A DNA stretch of 63,090 nucleotides, the filler included, from Basidiobolus ranarum (taxonomy: Eukaryota): NCBI GenBank assembly GCA_040143965.1. It is 23 parts of 23 records of this genome, joined end to end, with 100 filler letters (N's around TTAATTAATTAA, not from the genome) between each part and the next. Parts side by side here need not be neighbours in the genome. Positions count along the whole stretch, not along the records: positions 11,025 to 13,678 come from JASJQH010009973.1; positions 13,779 to 16,432 come from JASJQH010009974.1; positions 16,533 to 19,185 come from JASJQH010009975.1; positions 19,286 to 21,938 come from JASJQH010009976.1; 19 more parts are not named here. One strand, 5' to 3'. The notes under the pieces were generated by a model. That model saw nothing but the letters and a program-made list of their open reading frames with translations. It had not been told where the DNA came from and did no database searches. Made by a program: the position numbers and the translations under genes. Numbering within the stretch: the stretch's first letter is position 1; each line of letters opens with the position of its first letter. Shown here one piece after another: positions 11,850-22,038 of the stretch.

Positions 11850-12180
11850 GTTTTTTGGTTACTTTACTCTTAAGAAAATATGGTGACTTAAATAGTAGAG
11901 AAGTAAATCAGTTGTTTGAGTTATTCTGGAGTTTGTGTAATAAGATACAATAGATAAGTGGGGTTAATAAGAAATAGTTGTTATATAGATATATAGATAT
12001 TCCTATTTAGAGTACAGCAGCTATTGATTCAATGCTTTCTGTTTCTGATATATGCATCAGAACTAAAGTTAACTAAGATGGTGAATAAATATTAATTATC
12101 CAGCACCTTCCCTTAATTCTTTTTCAACATTATGCTTAAATTCACTAATGCCTATGCCTGCTCTTAAGTTTTCCATACTT
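11850..12180 (-). mobile_element. Copia 3' end with truncated LTR family D and PPT
   Basis: Homologous to 22869-23250. PPT TTAAGGGAAGG precedes TG(C/T)TGGATAATT. Confidence 0.7.
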
Positions 12181-12188
12181 GAAGATTT

Positions 12189-12494
12189 TGTTGAAATTAG
12201 CATAACTTTCTACTCAATAAATCATCAAATGAAAACCACCAATTTCCCTAATTCTCCAAACCACTTCCAACAGGCTCCCAAATACTTTAACAGGTTGTGA
12301 GCTCCAAGCTTGCCCTCTCTGTAATGTCTACTTCTCAAATCCATGGAACTTTTCCCTCATCTGAAAAGTTGGATGGAACTATTTATCAAGTTTGGAAAAT
12401 TACAATGAAAATGCTGCTGCAATAAAAAGGACTTTGGGACACCATTGTGAGAGAAGAAAATAATGCAAAACTATCTGAAACCAAAGTTTTACTC
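12189..12494 (+). mobile_element. Internally deleted LTR-C (104 bp, 12189-12292), PBS and gag start, inverted relative to the 11025-11849 copy
   Basis: TGTTGAAATTAGCAT is fused directly to the LTR-C 3' part ending TTTAACA, then GGTTGTGAGCTCC. Confidence 0.8.
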
Positions 12495-12873
12495 TGTTGA
12501 AATTTATTGTCTTTATCATGTTTGTTATCTCTGTCTTTATACACCTGACTATTTCATATATCACATTTAAGTTAGTTAACAATACTTAGTCAAATAACAC
12601 TTAGCTGAAAATTGGAACATATATTTTATATATATGTGAATTATGTGTAAATTGGCAATTCCATATTGAAAATTTCAAACTTGTTCAAATTGCCCCAAAG
12701 ATAGCTCATTTTACTCCCACACATATTCTGGGCACAACCCTAGTGTTAGTTCTCCACATTCCAACTAGAATGTATAAATGCTTCATTTCTGAAACAATAA
12801 ATAATTATCTCACAAAGCTATTCAGAACTCCACTTTTCTATAGTTCCTCCAATCAGCCCATATTTTCCCAATA
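12495..12873 (+). mobile_element. Solo LTR family B (379 bp, TG...TA ends)
   Basis: Full-length match to 29679-30056 (minus strand). Confidence 0.85.
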
Positions 12874-13678
12874 TAATCAAATCAATGGAATCTACTCTAT
12901 CAGGCATATGCATTAATACTATCCAAATACAAAACTAAACTCCATGATTTTGCCATCAAGAGCCCAGTCAGATTTCAACATGATCACTGATATCAATTCA
13001 CCAAATTTTCAGTCTAACATCAAATTTGGTATTAGCCATAAGCGTAAGATTATATTGCTAAAGAGGATCAGCTAGAGCCAGAGCTTCCCATTAGGCACTA
13101 TGCACCTACTATTCAAAAGCAATCCAATACTTCTCACTCAGCTATAGAGTGGAAAATTCAATATCAATGAGCCATTTGAGATAGGATCAAAGTATAAATC
13201 AATTGGGAAAATGCTTGAAAACATCTAGATATTGTCATATTTTACCAGGACTCCCATCAATATCCACCCATCTAAGCATTTATTCAAATGCAAAGACTGG
13301 AAATATTGGATTTGTATACATACAAGTGGAATCTTGAAAAGATTTCTGCCTGATAAGTATTGGCAACATTGGGAGTTGTTTGTGGATATTGTTAATATAT
13401 TCTTATGGCATCAACTCATATTGGCAGATCTCAGGCAGATATAGCAACTGTGCAAAGATTTTGTAATTTGATGTGAGAAACTGTATTACAGGATTGAAGA
13501 AGATAGACTGAATCTATTCCGTTATTGAATACATTCTCTGCTGCATCTTCCACAATGCTTAGAGATTTTAGGCCCTTGCTATACATTCTGGTAGTTCCCA
13601 ATGGAGTGCACCTTTGATGAAATGACCATCCATGTGAAATTGTCAGTATTACTATATGCTAATCTGATTAACAATGTA
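12874..13678 (+). pseudogene. CACTA/EnSpm transposase remnant (middle and C-terminal region)
   Basis: FKCKDWKYW, KYWQHWELFV, HSLLHLPQCLEILGP..TFW.FPME. Overlaps the copies at 62840+, 49509+ and 55233+. Confidence 0.85.
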
Positions 13679-13796
13679 NNNNNNNNNNNNNNNNNNNNNN
13701 NNNNNNNNNNNNNNNNNNNNNNTTAATTAATTAANNNNNNNNNNNNNNNNNNNNNNNNNNNNNNNNNNNNNNNNNNNNTTGGTTTTCTTTCTTTAG

Positions 13797-16402
13797 CTAA
13801 TGGTCGGTACGATGAGATGTTTGGGAATGAACATTATTCAAGTGACCAGGAAAATATTAGTACTTTTCAGCCATATCACGAGCTGAGGAAGTACTTGAAA
13901 AATGGAACCTTTTACTTTTCTCCTTCTTTCGACTTGACTAAAACGACACAATCGAGGTTTCTTATTTTTACACTAGATAGCCCTCAGTTTCCGTTCCAAA
14001 TGATTTAACTTATTCTTTTCGTTGTAGATACGAAAAACCCGACCCTGAGGAACCTTTCGATCAATCCTTCTTATGGAACTCCAATATGTTAAATCCTTTC
14101 ATAGCCTTCCGCAAGCACCTTGATTTAGATGAACGAACCCTTTTCGATAATACCAGATTTATTGTAAACTCTTGATTTAATGTGTTGGGTTCCGCTACTT
14201 TCAATACTAATCCCATTTCCACGTAGACCCCCCTTACTCAAGGTTACATTGGAGTTGAACAATGCGTGCTAGGTTCTGAAGTCGCTACGTTGGCGATCAT
14301 TTCTAAGCTAAGTTCTCATCGGGCAGGTGGGTGGATGCTGAGTTAATTCCCATGTGTTTGAATGATAAAATAACGCTCTTACCTGGGCACCTCTAGGTAC
14401 TCGTTTTAATTCAAGAGGAATCGACGATGACGGTCATGTAGCCAACTTTGTTGAGGTATTTCTTTAAACTCTCTTGGACTTCCTATACCGTATCGTATTA
14501 ACATTTAAGCCTATAAATAGACAGAATTTATTCTGAAATTGAGAGATCAGTATCTTTCTTATGTCGAAGTGAGAGGAAGTGTTCCAGGTAATTGCATTCA
14601 TTCCATCGTATGTCGATTAAAGCCTTTCTTAACTGACGCTATTTTTGTTATGCTTGGTTTGGAATTACAGTCTTTTGGGAACAAACGGTATGATTCGGTT
14701 TTCTTATGACTGATATCCTGATACTAATAGCTATTAACAGGGTCTAAGCCATAAGGTGAATGTTTTGAGAAGTGCTGCATCTACACAGCCTGCTGTAGAG
14801 GAGCATTTTTCCTCGTTGCTTAATCGCTACGGCCATGTGAACATTCTTAATCTACTTAGTCAAAAAGAGGGTGAACGATTGCTAAGTGAAGCATTCAATC
14901 ACCATGTCAAGTCACTGAAAAAGCAGAATTATATTCAAATGACCTCCTTTGACTTCCACGCTATTTGTAAAGGAGCGAATTTCGAAAATGCCTCTTATAT
15001 TCTTACTATGATACAAGATGATTTAGAAAAATTTGGCTATTTTCTTCTCGATTTAAAATCCGATCAAATGCTATACAGGCAGTCTGGTGTTTTCCGAACG
15101 AACTGTTTGGATTGGTATGTTGTTTCATACCAGTGTTTCTGACAATTCATGTACTAATTCATCATTGCGCGTAGTTTGGACAGGTGCTTTGATTTTCCAC
15201 TTTCTTTACTGGCGGTGTTAGAGCCACACTGCATTCTAGCTTTACTAACACATACATTTCTAGAACAAATGTTATCCAGAGCATTGTATTGCAAGAGGTT
15301 CTCAAATCCTATCTCTCTCAAATTGAAAAGATTCAGCCATACTGGATGGATGCTATCTACAGCAAAGTGTCATTTTTATGGGCAGAAAATGGAGATTGCT
15401 TGTCCAAGATGTATGCTGGAACTGGTGCTCTGAAATCATCGTACACCAGAAGTGGGAAGTTGACATTCTCTGGTAAGTATTGGTCTTACTTTCGAACCTT
15501 CCCAATTAACCCACTGATAACACCATAAACCTTGAAATTGTGTACAATAGGTTTAGTCAATGACATGTCCAAATCTGTGAACCGAATGTACATTAATAAT
15601 TTTCAGGATAAAGGAAAACAAGAAATTATCGACTTGTTGCTGGTCAGAATGGATTGATAGTTAAATGGGACTGGTGATACATAGACTAACCAGAATCTTA
15701 CATTTCTTAGGGAAAATCACAACACCAGAAACAGATCATTTTGCAAGATGAAGTTCACGAGCTTATTTCTAAGGACTTAGACCGACGGTAAATATAAAGC
15801 ATTCTACAGGTAGAAGATCGTTGTACTGATAGATCTCTCTTCTCTTCTCAAGTGTAAAGGAATATTCTACAAAATATAATATCAGAATACATATTGGTAC
15901 CTACAATGTCAACGGTCGAACGCCTTCTGGAGAGTCACTCTCTTCCTTCCTTAGAATATCATCAGGTTTGGAGCTTTGAACTGCTTATTTCGCCAGAATA
16001 TATTCTTATAGGGTTATATTATATACAGACGACGAACCTGATATCATCGCTTTGGGAATTCAAGAAATTGTCGAACTCACTCCTACACAGGTTTGGCAAT
16101 ATCCCGATATTTTAGCTTCTTGTAATCTATACCTAATTTATATTTTGTTGTAGATCATGTCAGCTGACATAGAAAAGAGGTAAAGTAAATTCTTGGGGTT
16201 TTCAAAGATGTTCAACGAATACTAACAACCTTGAATCAGACTAATATGGCAAAGAGAGGTCCAAACACATCTGAGCAAAGTCTACACCACCTCCAAATAT
16301 GTTCTATTAACATCTGAGCAGCTGGTGGGTGCTGCGATGTTAATTTTTGTGAGACAAGATAATATCTCCAAAATTCGAAATATCCAAGTCTCCACGAAAA
16401 AG
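13797..16402 (+). CDS. Synaptojanin-like polyphosphoinositide phosphatase (SacI domain + inositol 5-phosphatase; Inp51/52/53 or Syj1 family), internal fragment with 15 exons
   Basis: Exons 13797-13956, 14028-14163, 14227-14326, 14397-14455, 14521-14587, 14671-14687, 14741-15114, 15175-15183, 15264-15472, 15551-15642, 15711-15787, 15853-15965, 16029-16090, 16154-16179, 16240-16402 splice in frame. They give [54 protein letters not shown] and LGIQEIVEL. Confidence 0.95.
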
Positions 16403-16532
16403 GTAGAGTTTATATGAAATGACTTCATGTGGNNNNNNNNNNNNNNNNNNNNNNNNNNNNNNNNNNNNNNNNNNNNTTAATTAATTAANNNNNNNNNNNN
16501 NNNNNNNNNNNNNNNNNNNNNNNNNNNNNNNN

Positions 16533-16642
16533 GCAGAGGTGGTTGGGATGACTGCTGTGATGATTGTTGTGATGACTGCTGCTGGGATGATTGCTGTGAT
16601 GACTGTTGTGATGATTGCTGTGATGATTGCTGTGATGACTGC
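16533..16642 (-). repeat. 12-bp tandem repeat reading (QQSS)n on the minus strand
   Basis: About 8 units of CARCARTCATCM, with variation confined to third codon positions in this frame. Confidence 0.8.
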
Positions 16643-17635
16643 TACTTTCTTTGGTGAGGCAATAGTTAAGTTCTATCATATTAATCTCTATTGCTTCTCT
16701 AACAAAATGATTCCTAATAACCATATGTTTTGTTGTAGCCCAAAATGCAGGGTTTGTGGCTAATGAGATACAACTTTAATTAACTTCAAGTACACTACTA
16801 GCATGTTTTTACACATATCTCAAGTCCATGGATAACTTCCTTCATTACATAACTTCTGGTACAGTAGTAGAGGCAGCCATAAATTTTACTTCTGTAATGG
16901 AAAGTGCTATAGTTGGTTGCTACTTACTACTCCAAATCATTACTGCATTACCTTAGAGAAAAGCTTACCCAGTGATTACTCTTGTATTATCAAGGCTTCT
17001 TCCCAGTCTGCATCACTGAAGCCTTCACAATTACATGTCTCAGCAGTACCAGAGTATTCCAGAACTAGATCTACAATTCCTTGCAAATACCAAAATATTT
17101 GTTGTACTGCAGTTCAATGCCTAGATCTTGGATTTTTGAAGTATTGGCTATTTGTTCCCACCACCATAGCAATATCTGGGCATGTTCTAACCAGTGTATA
17201 CATTAAGCAACCCACCATGGACTGGTAAGAGAACTTCTGGATTTGATTTGAGTCATTTTGGGCCAAATAGAATGAAGTTTTGGTTAATCTCACACTGAGA
17301 TCCATTTATGAAGTTACAGGCTGGCTATTTTCCACATTGAAGCATTTTCAATTTGCAGAATGCATCCAGACTGATTTGGCATGACTTTTGAATTGGGTAC
17401 ATCTCTGTTGATTTGTATTCCAAGGAAATTACTTAATTCTCCCATATCAAGTTTCAGCAATTGGCTCAAAAAGCTGCTTTTCATCTGATTAAGTGATTGC
17501 AGAACATTTGTGGCTAGATTTACTTCAAATATGATAAAAGCATGTTTTTGTAGATATGCTAAGCCTGTAAATAGCTTTCCTAATGGCATAGCCTCCTTTG
17601 TGGTGGCAGAGGCAGCCATATACTCTGCTTCAATA
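16643..17635 (-). pseudogene. Scrambled Ty1/copia RT/RNase H remnants
   Basis: YQSMVGCLMY...PDIAMVVG, DMGELSNFLGIQI, QPTIALSITEVKFMAA, HFVREAIE. Confidence 0.85.
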
Positions 17636-19185
17636 TGTTGAAATTGCTGAAATTAGGAAAATAGCAACTCATTATTTAGTAGATGGTTTGTTCATATCAG
17701 GTGAATTCAGACGATTCTTTAGCTAATAGTATAAATTGGATAAAAATTTGGCAGAACAGCTCTCATCCACTGGAGCACCTCTAAATGAAGGTGACTTTGT
17801 TACTCTACTACTTGAAGGCCTGCTAGAAGAGTTTGGGCACCTTATATTAGTTCCAGAATCAACATCAGAGCCATCATAATAGAATATTATGGTGCCAGCT
17901 TTTGAATAAGGAATTAAGGAAATCCACTTTCAGCAAAATAACATAGATCAGGCATTTTTGGAGCTGTAGAGCATTCAAGAGGCTTCATTGATGGTGCCCC
18001 CAATAGGATATCATGTATCTACAAGTATTACTAGAAACCTGGCCATCTAATCCAAGATTGCAGAAAAAGGTTACTGGCTGAGCAGCTAAAATTTGAAGAA
18101 GCAAATAAAGTAGGCACTGATAAGCATTCACTATTTGTGTCAGCCTTATTGGTAACCAGTAAGGAAGACTCAGCAATGTGATACATTGACTTTGGAGCTT
18201 CCCAGCAAGTGTCAAACAAGAATATTGGCTTTCCAGCTTAAAAGCCATCCATAGAAAGAAATGTTTTGTGCTCAGCAAGGATGAATGCACTCTTGTGGAT
18301 TGGAATAAATCAAAATTTGCTACTGAGATCAAAACTTGAAACTAATACAAGTTGAAGAACAACAAATACATTCTGAGCATACAAACTTGGCCAAAACTGA
18401 TATGATAAGCTGTCAAATGTAACATAAAAGAATAGGCCACATTAGGGAACAGAAAGTGACCCATATACTCCAAAATCAGCTTGTTTAGGCTAAAAAATTT
18501 AAAATATCACAAAATTGGATCTGTGTGAAGTTTGCATATATCAAAAACATCGCATAAGGCAATTTACAAGCTCTTGAGAGATGAAGTCTACTCAGATTTT
18601 GCCCTGATTCTTTTGGATCTATGTGGGCCCATCAAAAACATCTCACTAGGTGGAAAAAGGTATTTCTTTACCTTTCTCAATGAAAAAACAAGATACACTT
18701 CTGTATCCTTTTGCAAATCAAGTTCTGAAGCCTTAAGCATATAAAAGTACTCTAGACCAAGGGTACACAAAGTATCAGCACAAACATGGGGGTACTACAG
18801 AGTGGGAAAGGTGGAGAAAACTGCTGCAAAGACTTTGCTAATTTTGCTCTCAACAAGGAGATAAGCAACACACTACTGCATCTTACCCTGGAACTCCAAA
18901 AATGTACAGCAGATCACAGTACTGTAATTGAAACAACCACAAATAGGTACCTTATTTTAGCACTAAATGAGCATGACTTGATCATAGCAACAAATAATCA
19001 TGTAGTACCCAATCAGATGGAAAGCAGCATATCAAACCAATTTTGAATGACTGATATGGGAGAATTAAGTTTTGCCATTGAAAACCATATCAAGAGAGAT
19101 AAGCATAGTCATAAAATAATGCTGAATCAGTCTATATACATCCTATTTATGCCAAAATGCTTCCACATGAAGAATTATAAGCTTG
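17636..19185 (+). mobile_element. Heavily internally deleted Ty1/copia (LTR-A stub, gag, zinc knuckle, protease, integrase, RT pieces)
   Basis: KPGHLIQDC, YIDFGASQ, DLCGPIKNISLGGKRYFFTF and MTDMGELSF occur in canonical order within 1.5 kb. Confidence 0.8.
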
Positions 19186-19287
19186 NNNNNNNNNNNNNNN
19201 NNNNNNNNNNNNNNNNNNNNNNNNNNNNNTTAATTAATTAANNNNNNNNNNNNNNNNNNNNNNNNNNNNNNNNNNNNNNNNNNNNCC

Positions 19288-19464
19288 ATTGGAGGACACG
19301 CGGCCGGCTATGGCGGGTCCCGTGCTGGAATTGGTGTGGGCAACCGAGGTGGAAATGGTGGTGGTAATGGCGGTGGCGCCTACGACACTGGTAATGGCGG
19401 AAATGGTGGTAATGCCGGCGGAAACGGTGGAGGAAACGCGGGTGTCTACAATACTAACTCATAA
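19288..19464 (+). CDS. 3' end of a Gly/Asn-rich low-complexity protein (true frame differs from the ORF-track frame)
   Basis: IGGHAAGYGGSRAGIGVGNRGGNGGGNGGGAYDTGNGGNGGNAGGNGGGNAGVYNTNS*. GGN codons vary at wobble positions and GC content drops after the stop. Confidence 0.75.
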   Translation: MGGHAAGYGGSRAGIGVGNRGGNGGGNGGGAYDTGNGGNGGNAGGNGGGNAGVYNTNS

Positions 19465-20393
19465 TCGTAATATAGTTAACTCTGATTCATATCTCTTATC
19501 AAACTCTCGCCTGTTAATTACCCCTATATCGAATATTAGTAAACAAAACCTCTCTGAATTAATAAAATTTCCGTTCGACATATTTTAGCGTGCTCGCTAT
19601 TTGGTACTCATTGTCGTCTCTTCCTACACTGATTTGCGACGTCTCCTGTTGTTCGTTGTTGGCTGCTGATATTTATCGCAAGTGTAACTCTGAATGCGGG
19701 TATAGTTTTACAGTGTTAAGTGAATTTTTGCTAAATAAACACTCTCTGGGTTTTTGGATTGCTACTGTTTACTAAGTTCAGTATATGTCTTCCCAGAACC
19801 CATATTTGAGATTCTCTTCTATCGAGATTCTCAATTTTTTGATACAAAATATCCATGATGTCAGCTAATGTCGAAAGTCTCACCAAATACGATAAAGTTA
19901 AAGTTGACTTTTAATCTTTTGTAATGAACTAAATATGCTCTATCAATAGAAAGCATATATATTCCAAGCTGAATAGCATAGTGCTACATATGAGCGAAAT
20001 TCTCTGCTGTGGTTCAAATTGCAGATACCTTCCTATATTGGCGGTGGTATGATCCAATCACGAAGAACTAAGCATTATACTAGATTCTATTACCATATCT
20101 AACTGAGTTGCGGTAATCCTTTGTACTGAACATCCAAGCATATATAAGCCTTCCCAATCAAATCCTCTATTTCGACAGTTATTTTAAGATAGCGTTGATC
20201 ACCTCAATATGACGACACACCTATCTATTTCCTTTAATTAGAAAATTAGGTCACGAATTACTTTAGCTGATTATATTTCCATATATGGACGGAATTACCG
20301 CATACCATCTTGAGGATCAGTGAACGTGTATTCTCTGGAATGAATATATATAGTGCTCAGTCATTTGGGGTGTTATTATCTTCAATTTACTTC

Positions 20394-21476
20394 ATGTCTC
20401 GCTCTCGCCACCACGATAACCAAGAGCCTTTGCGCACTTCAATCCGCCAACTAACATTCAGGCAGTATCTTCGTAGATACTGGTCTGACTGGGTACTTCT
20501 GATATGTACCGCTGCGTTAGGATTTGGTCTGTACGTAGCACCTCCAGCACCTAATAGGCTTTTCCCAGTCTATTACGACATTAAAAAAAACATAAGCGAC
20601 GACCAGTCAACTCCTACAGACTGGCACACCTTGGCCAATCCTGAGAATGCGTACCCGATTAAAAAGGAGATCATTCCCATGTGGTTGAGTGCATTCCTGT
20701 CATTTATTTTCTCATTTTTAACCTTCCTTATTACCCAATATTGGAAACGCTCATGGACCGACTTTCACTCGGCATTGATGGGATTGTTTTACTCCTTAGG
20801 AGGTTCAGGCCTATTTCAAGTTTTTTGTAAATGGTTGATAGGAGGCTTCCGCCCACACTTTCTGGAGGTTTGCAAGCCAGATTTAAGCAAAATCAGTCAA
20901 CCGGGACAAGGATATGATCATATCTACTATGATCGCTCTGTATGTACAGGAGATGAAAGAGAAATCAATGATTCTCTACAAAGCTTTCCTAGTGGACATT
21001 CTAATGCGGCCTGGGCAGGCTTACTCTTCCTCTTCTTTTACCTGAATGCCAATCTTAAACTTTATTCCCATCGTCGTACACCCTATTGGAAGCTCTTAGC
21101 CACTACATGGCCAATCCTCGTCGCATCTTTAATCTCGCTCACTAGGCTCTTAGACTACACTCATCACTGGTATGATATCTTCATCGGAATGATCATTGGA
21201 TGCGCTTACGCAACTTTAAGCTGGCGTATGCAATATGCTTCCATCTTCAACTGGAGGGTCAATCACATTCCGCTAGATGAATACAGCGCAGAGCTAGATC
21301 AAGAGAGTCTTCCGTATCATAACAGATCGAATGAGACAGGCCACAATGTCAACTCTACACATTATCCAATGACTGAAAGTAGCTCGACTCATGATTACCA
21401 TAGTTCCAATCCCAGTCACAATATGGACGCTAACCAAGACTTTATGAAACCTGAAAGCAGAGTTACTCAAGCCTAA
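20394..21476 (+). CDS. PAP2-family lipid phosphate / diacylglycerol pyrophosphate phosphatase (Dpp1/Lpp1-like), intronless
   Basis: All three PAP2 motifs: KWLIGGFRP, SFPSGH, TRLLDYTHHWYD. Multiple TM segments. TATA-like element at ~20343-20352 before the ATG at 20394. Confidence 0.93.
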   Translation: MSRSRHHDNQEPLRTSIRQLTFRQYLRRYWSDWVLLICTAALGFGLYVAPPAPNRLFPVYYDIKKNISDDQSTPTDWHTLANPENAYPIKKEIIPMWLSAFLSFIFSFLTFLITQYWKRSWTDFHSALMGLFYSLGGSGLFQVFCKWLIGGFRPHFLEVCKPDLSKISQPGQGYDHIYYDRSVCTGDEREINDSLQSFPSGHSNAAWAGLLFLFFYLNANLKLYSHRRTPYWKLLATTWPILVASLISLTRLLDYTHHWYDIFIGMIIGCAYATLSWRMQYASIFNWRVNHIPLDEYSAELDQESLPYHNRSNETGHNVNSTHYPMTESSSTHDYHSSNPSHNMDANQDFMKPESRVTQA

Positions 21477-22038
21477 ATCCATTACTCTTTTAATCATGTC
21501 AGCCAATTGAGCCATAAGCAGATTTGACTTATTTCCCGTCCACTAATAGTGGTACTTCAATCTAATTTCCCCCTTTTACTTTAGAATCCCCATGGTGTGG
21601 ATCTTCTTGTCATCCAATTAACTGTAAAAACTTTACTTTACCCACTCCATTGTAGCTAGGGCAAATGTTAAAGTAAATTGTATCGTATAACCTGTCATTT
21701 TCAGTAATAAATATCACACAATCATAAGCACTTCTCCAAAGTATTACTTAGCCTAAGTTGGGACTAATAATGTCAGTTGAAATGGGACATTATTAGACAC
21801 CCCAATTGTGGAGTACATAGAGGCAATAGGGATTCATCTCTAACAATGGATTCTTCAGGAGTGAAGTGAAGCAGTTGTTTTGCTACTAAACTCGACTCCC
21901 ATATTTCCATTTCAATGGCCGGCTACCTAAAGTCCTTGNNNNNNNNNNNNNNNNNNNNNNNNNNNNNNNNNNNNNNNNNNNNTTAATTAATTAANNNNNN
22001 NNNNNNNNNNNNNNNNNNNNNNNNNNNNNNNNNNNNNN

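Noticed and set aside
12490-12878. TACTC/TAATC as a TSD of the solo LTR-B
   Set aside because: The flanks belong to different elements and the gag does not resume, so the similarity is probably chance.
16485-16763. His-rich (HHSN)n and hydrophobic (MIAV)n ORFs in the track
   Set aside because: Alternative frames of the 12-bp repeat. Only the QQSS frame makes the variation synonymous, and the His-rich ORF is fused to copia RNase H.
19289-19588. 99-aa Val/Met-rich ORF
   Set aside because: Off-frame reading of the Gly-rich coding tail.
20310-20393. N-terminal extensions in the ORF track (also at 32304, 38835, 60203)
   Set aside because: They rely on non-ATG starts or run through TATA or UTR sequence. 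The downstream ATGs give proper N-termini or signal peptides.
20394-21476. Intronless genes as bacterial horizontal transfers
   Set aside because: PAP2, FAH and Ras sequences are of eukaryotic/fungal type. Lack of introns alone is not evidence.
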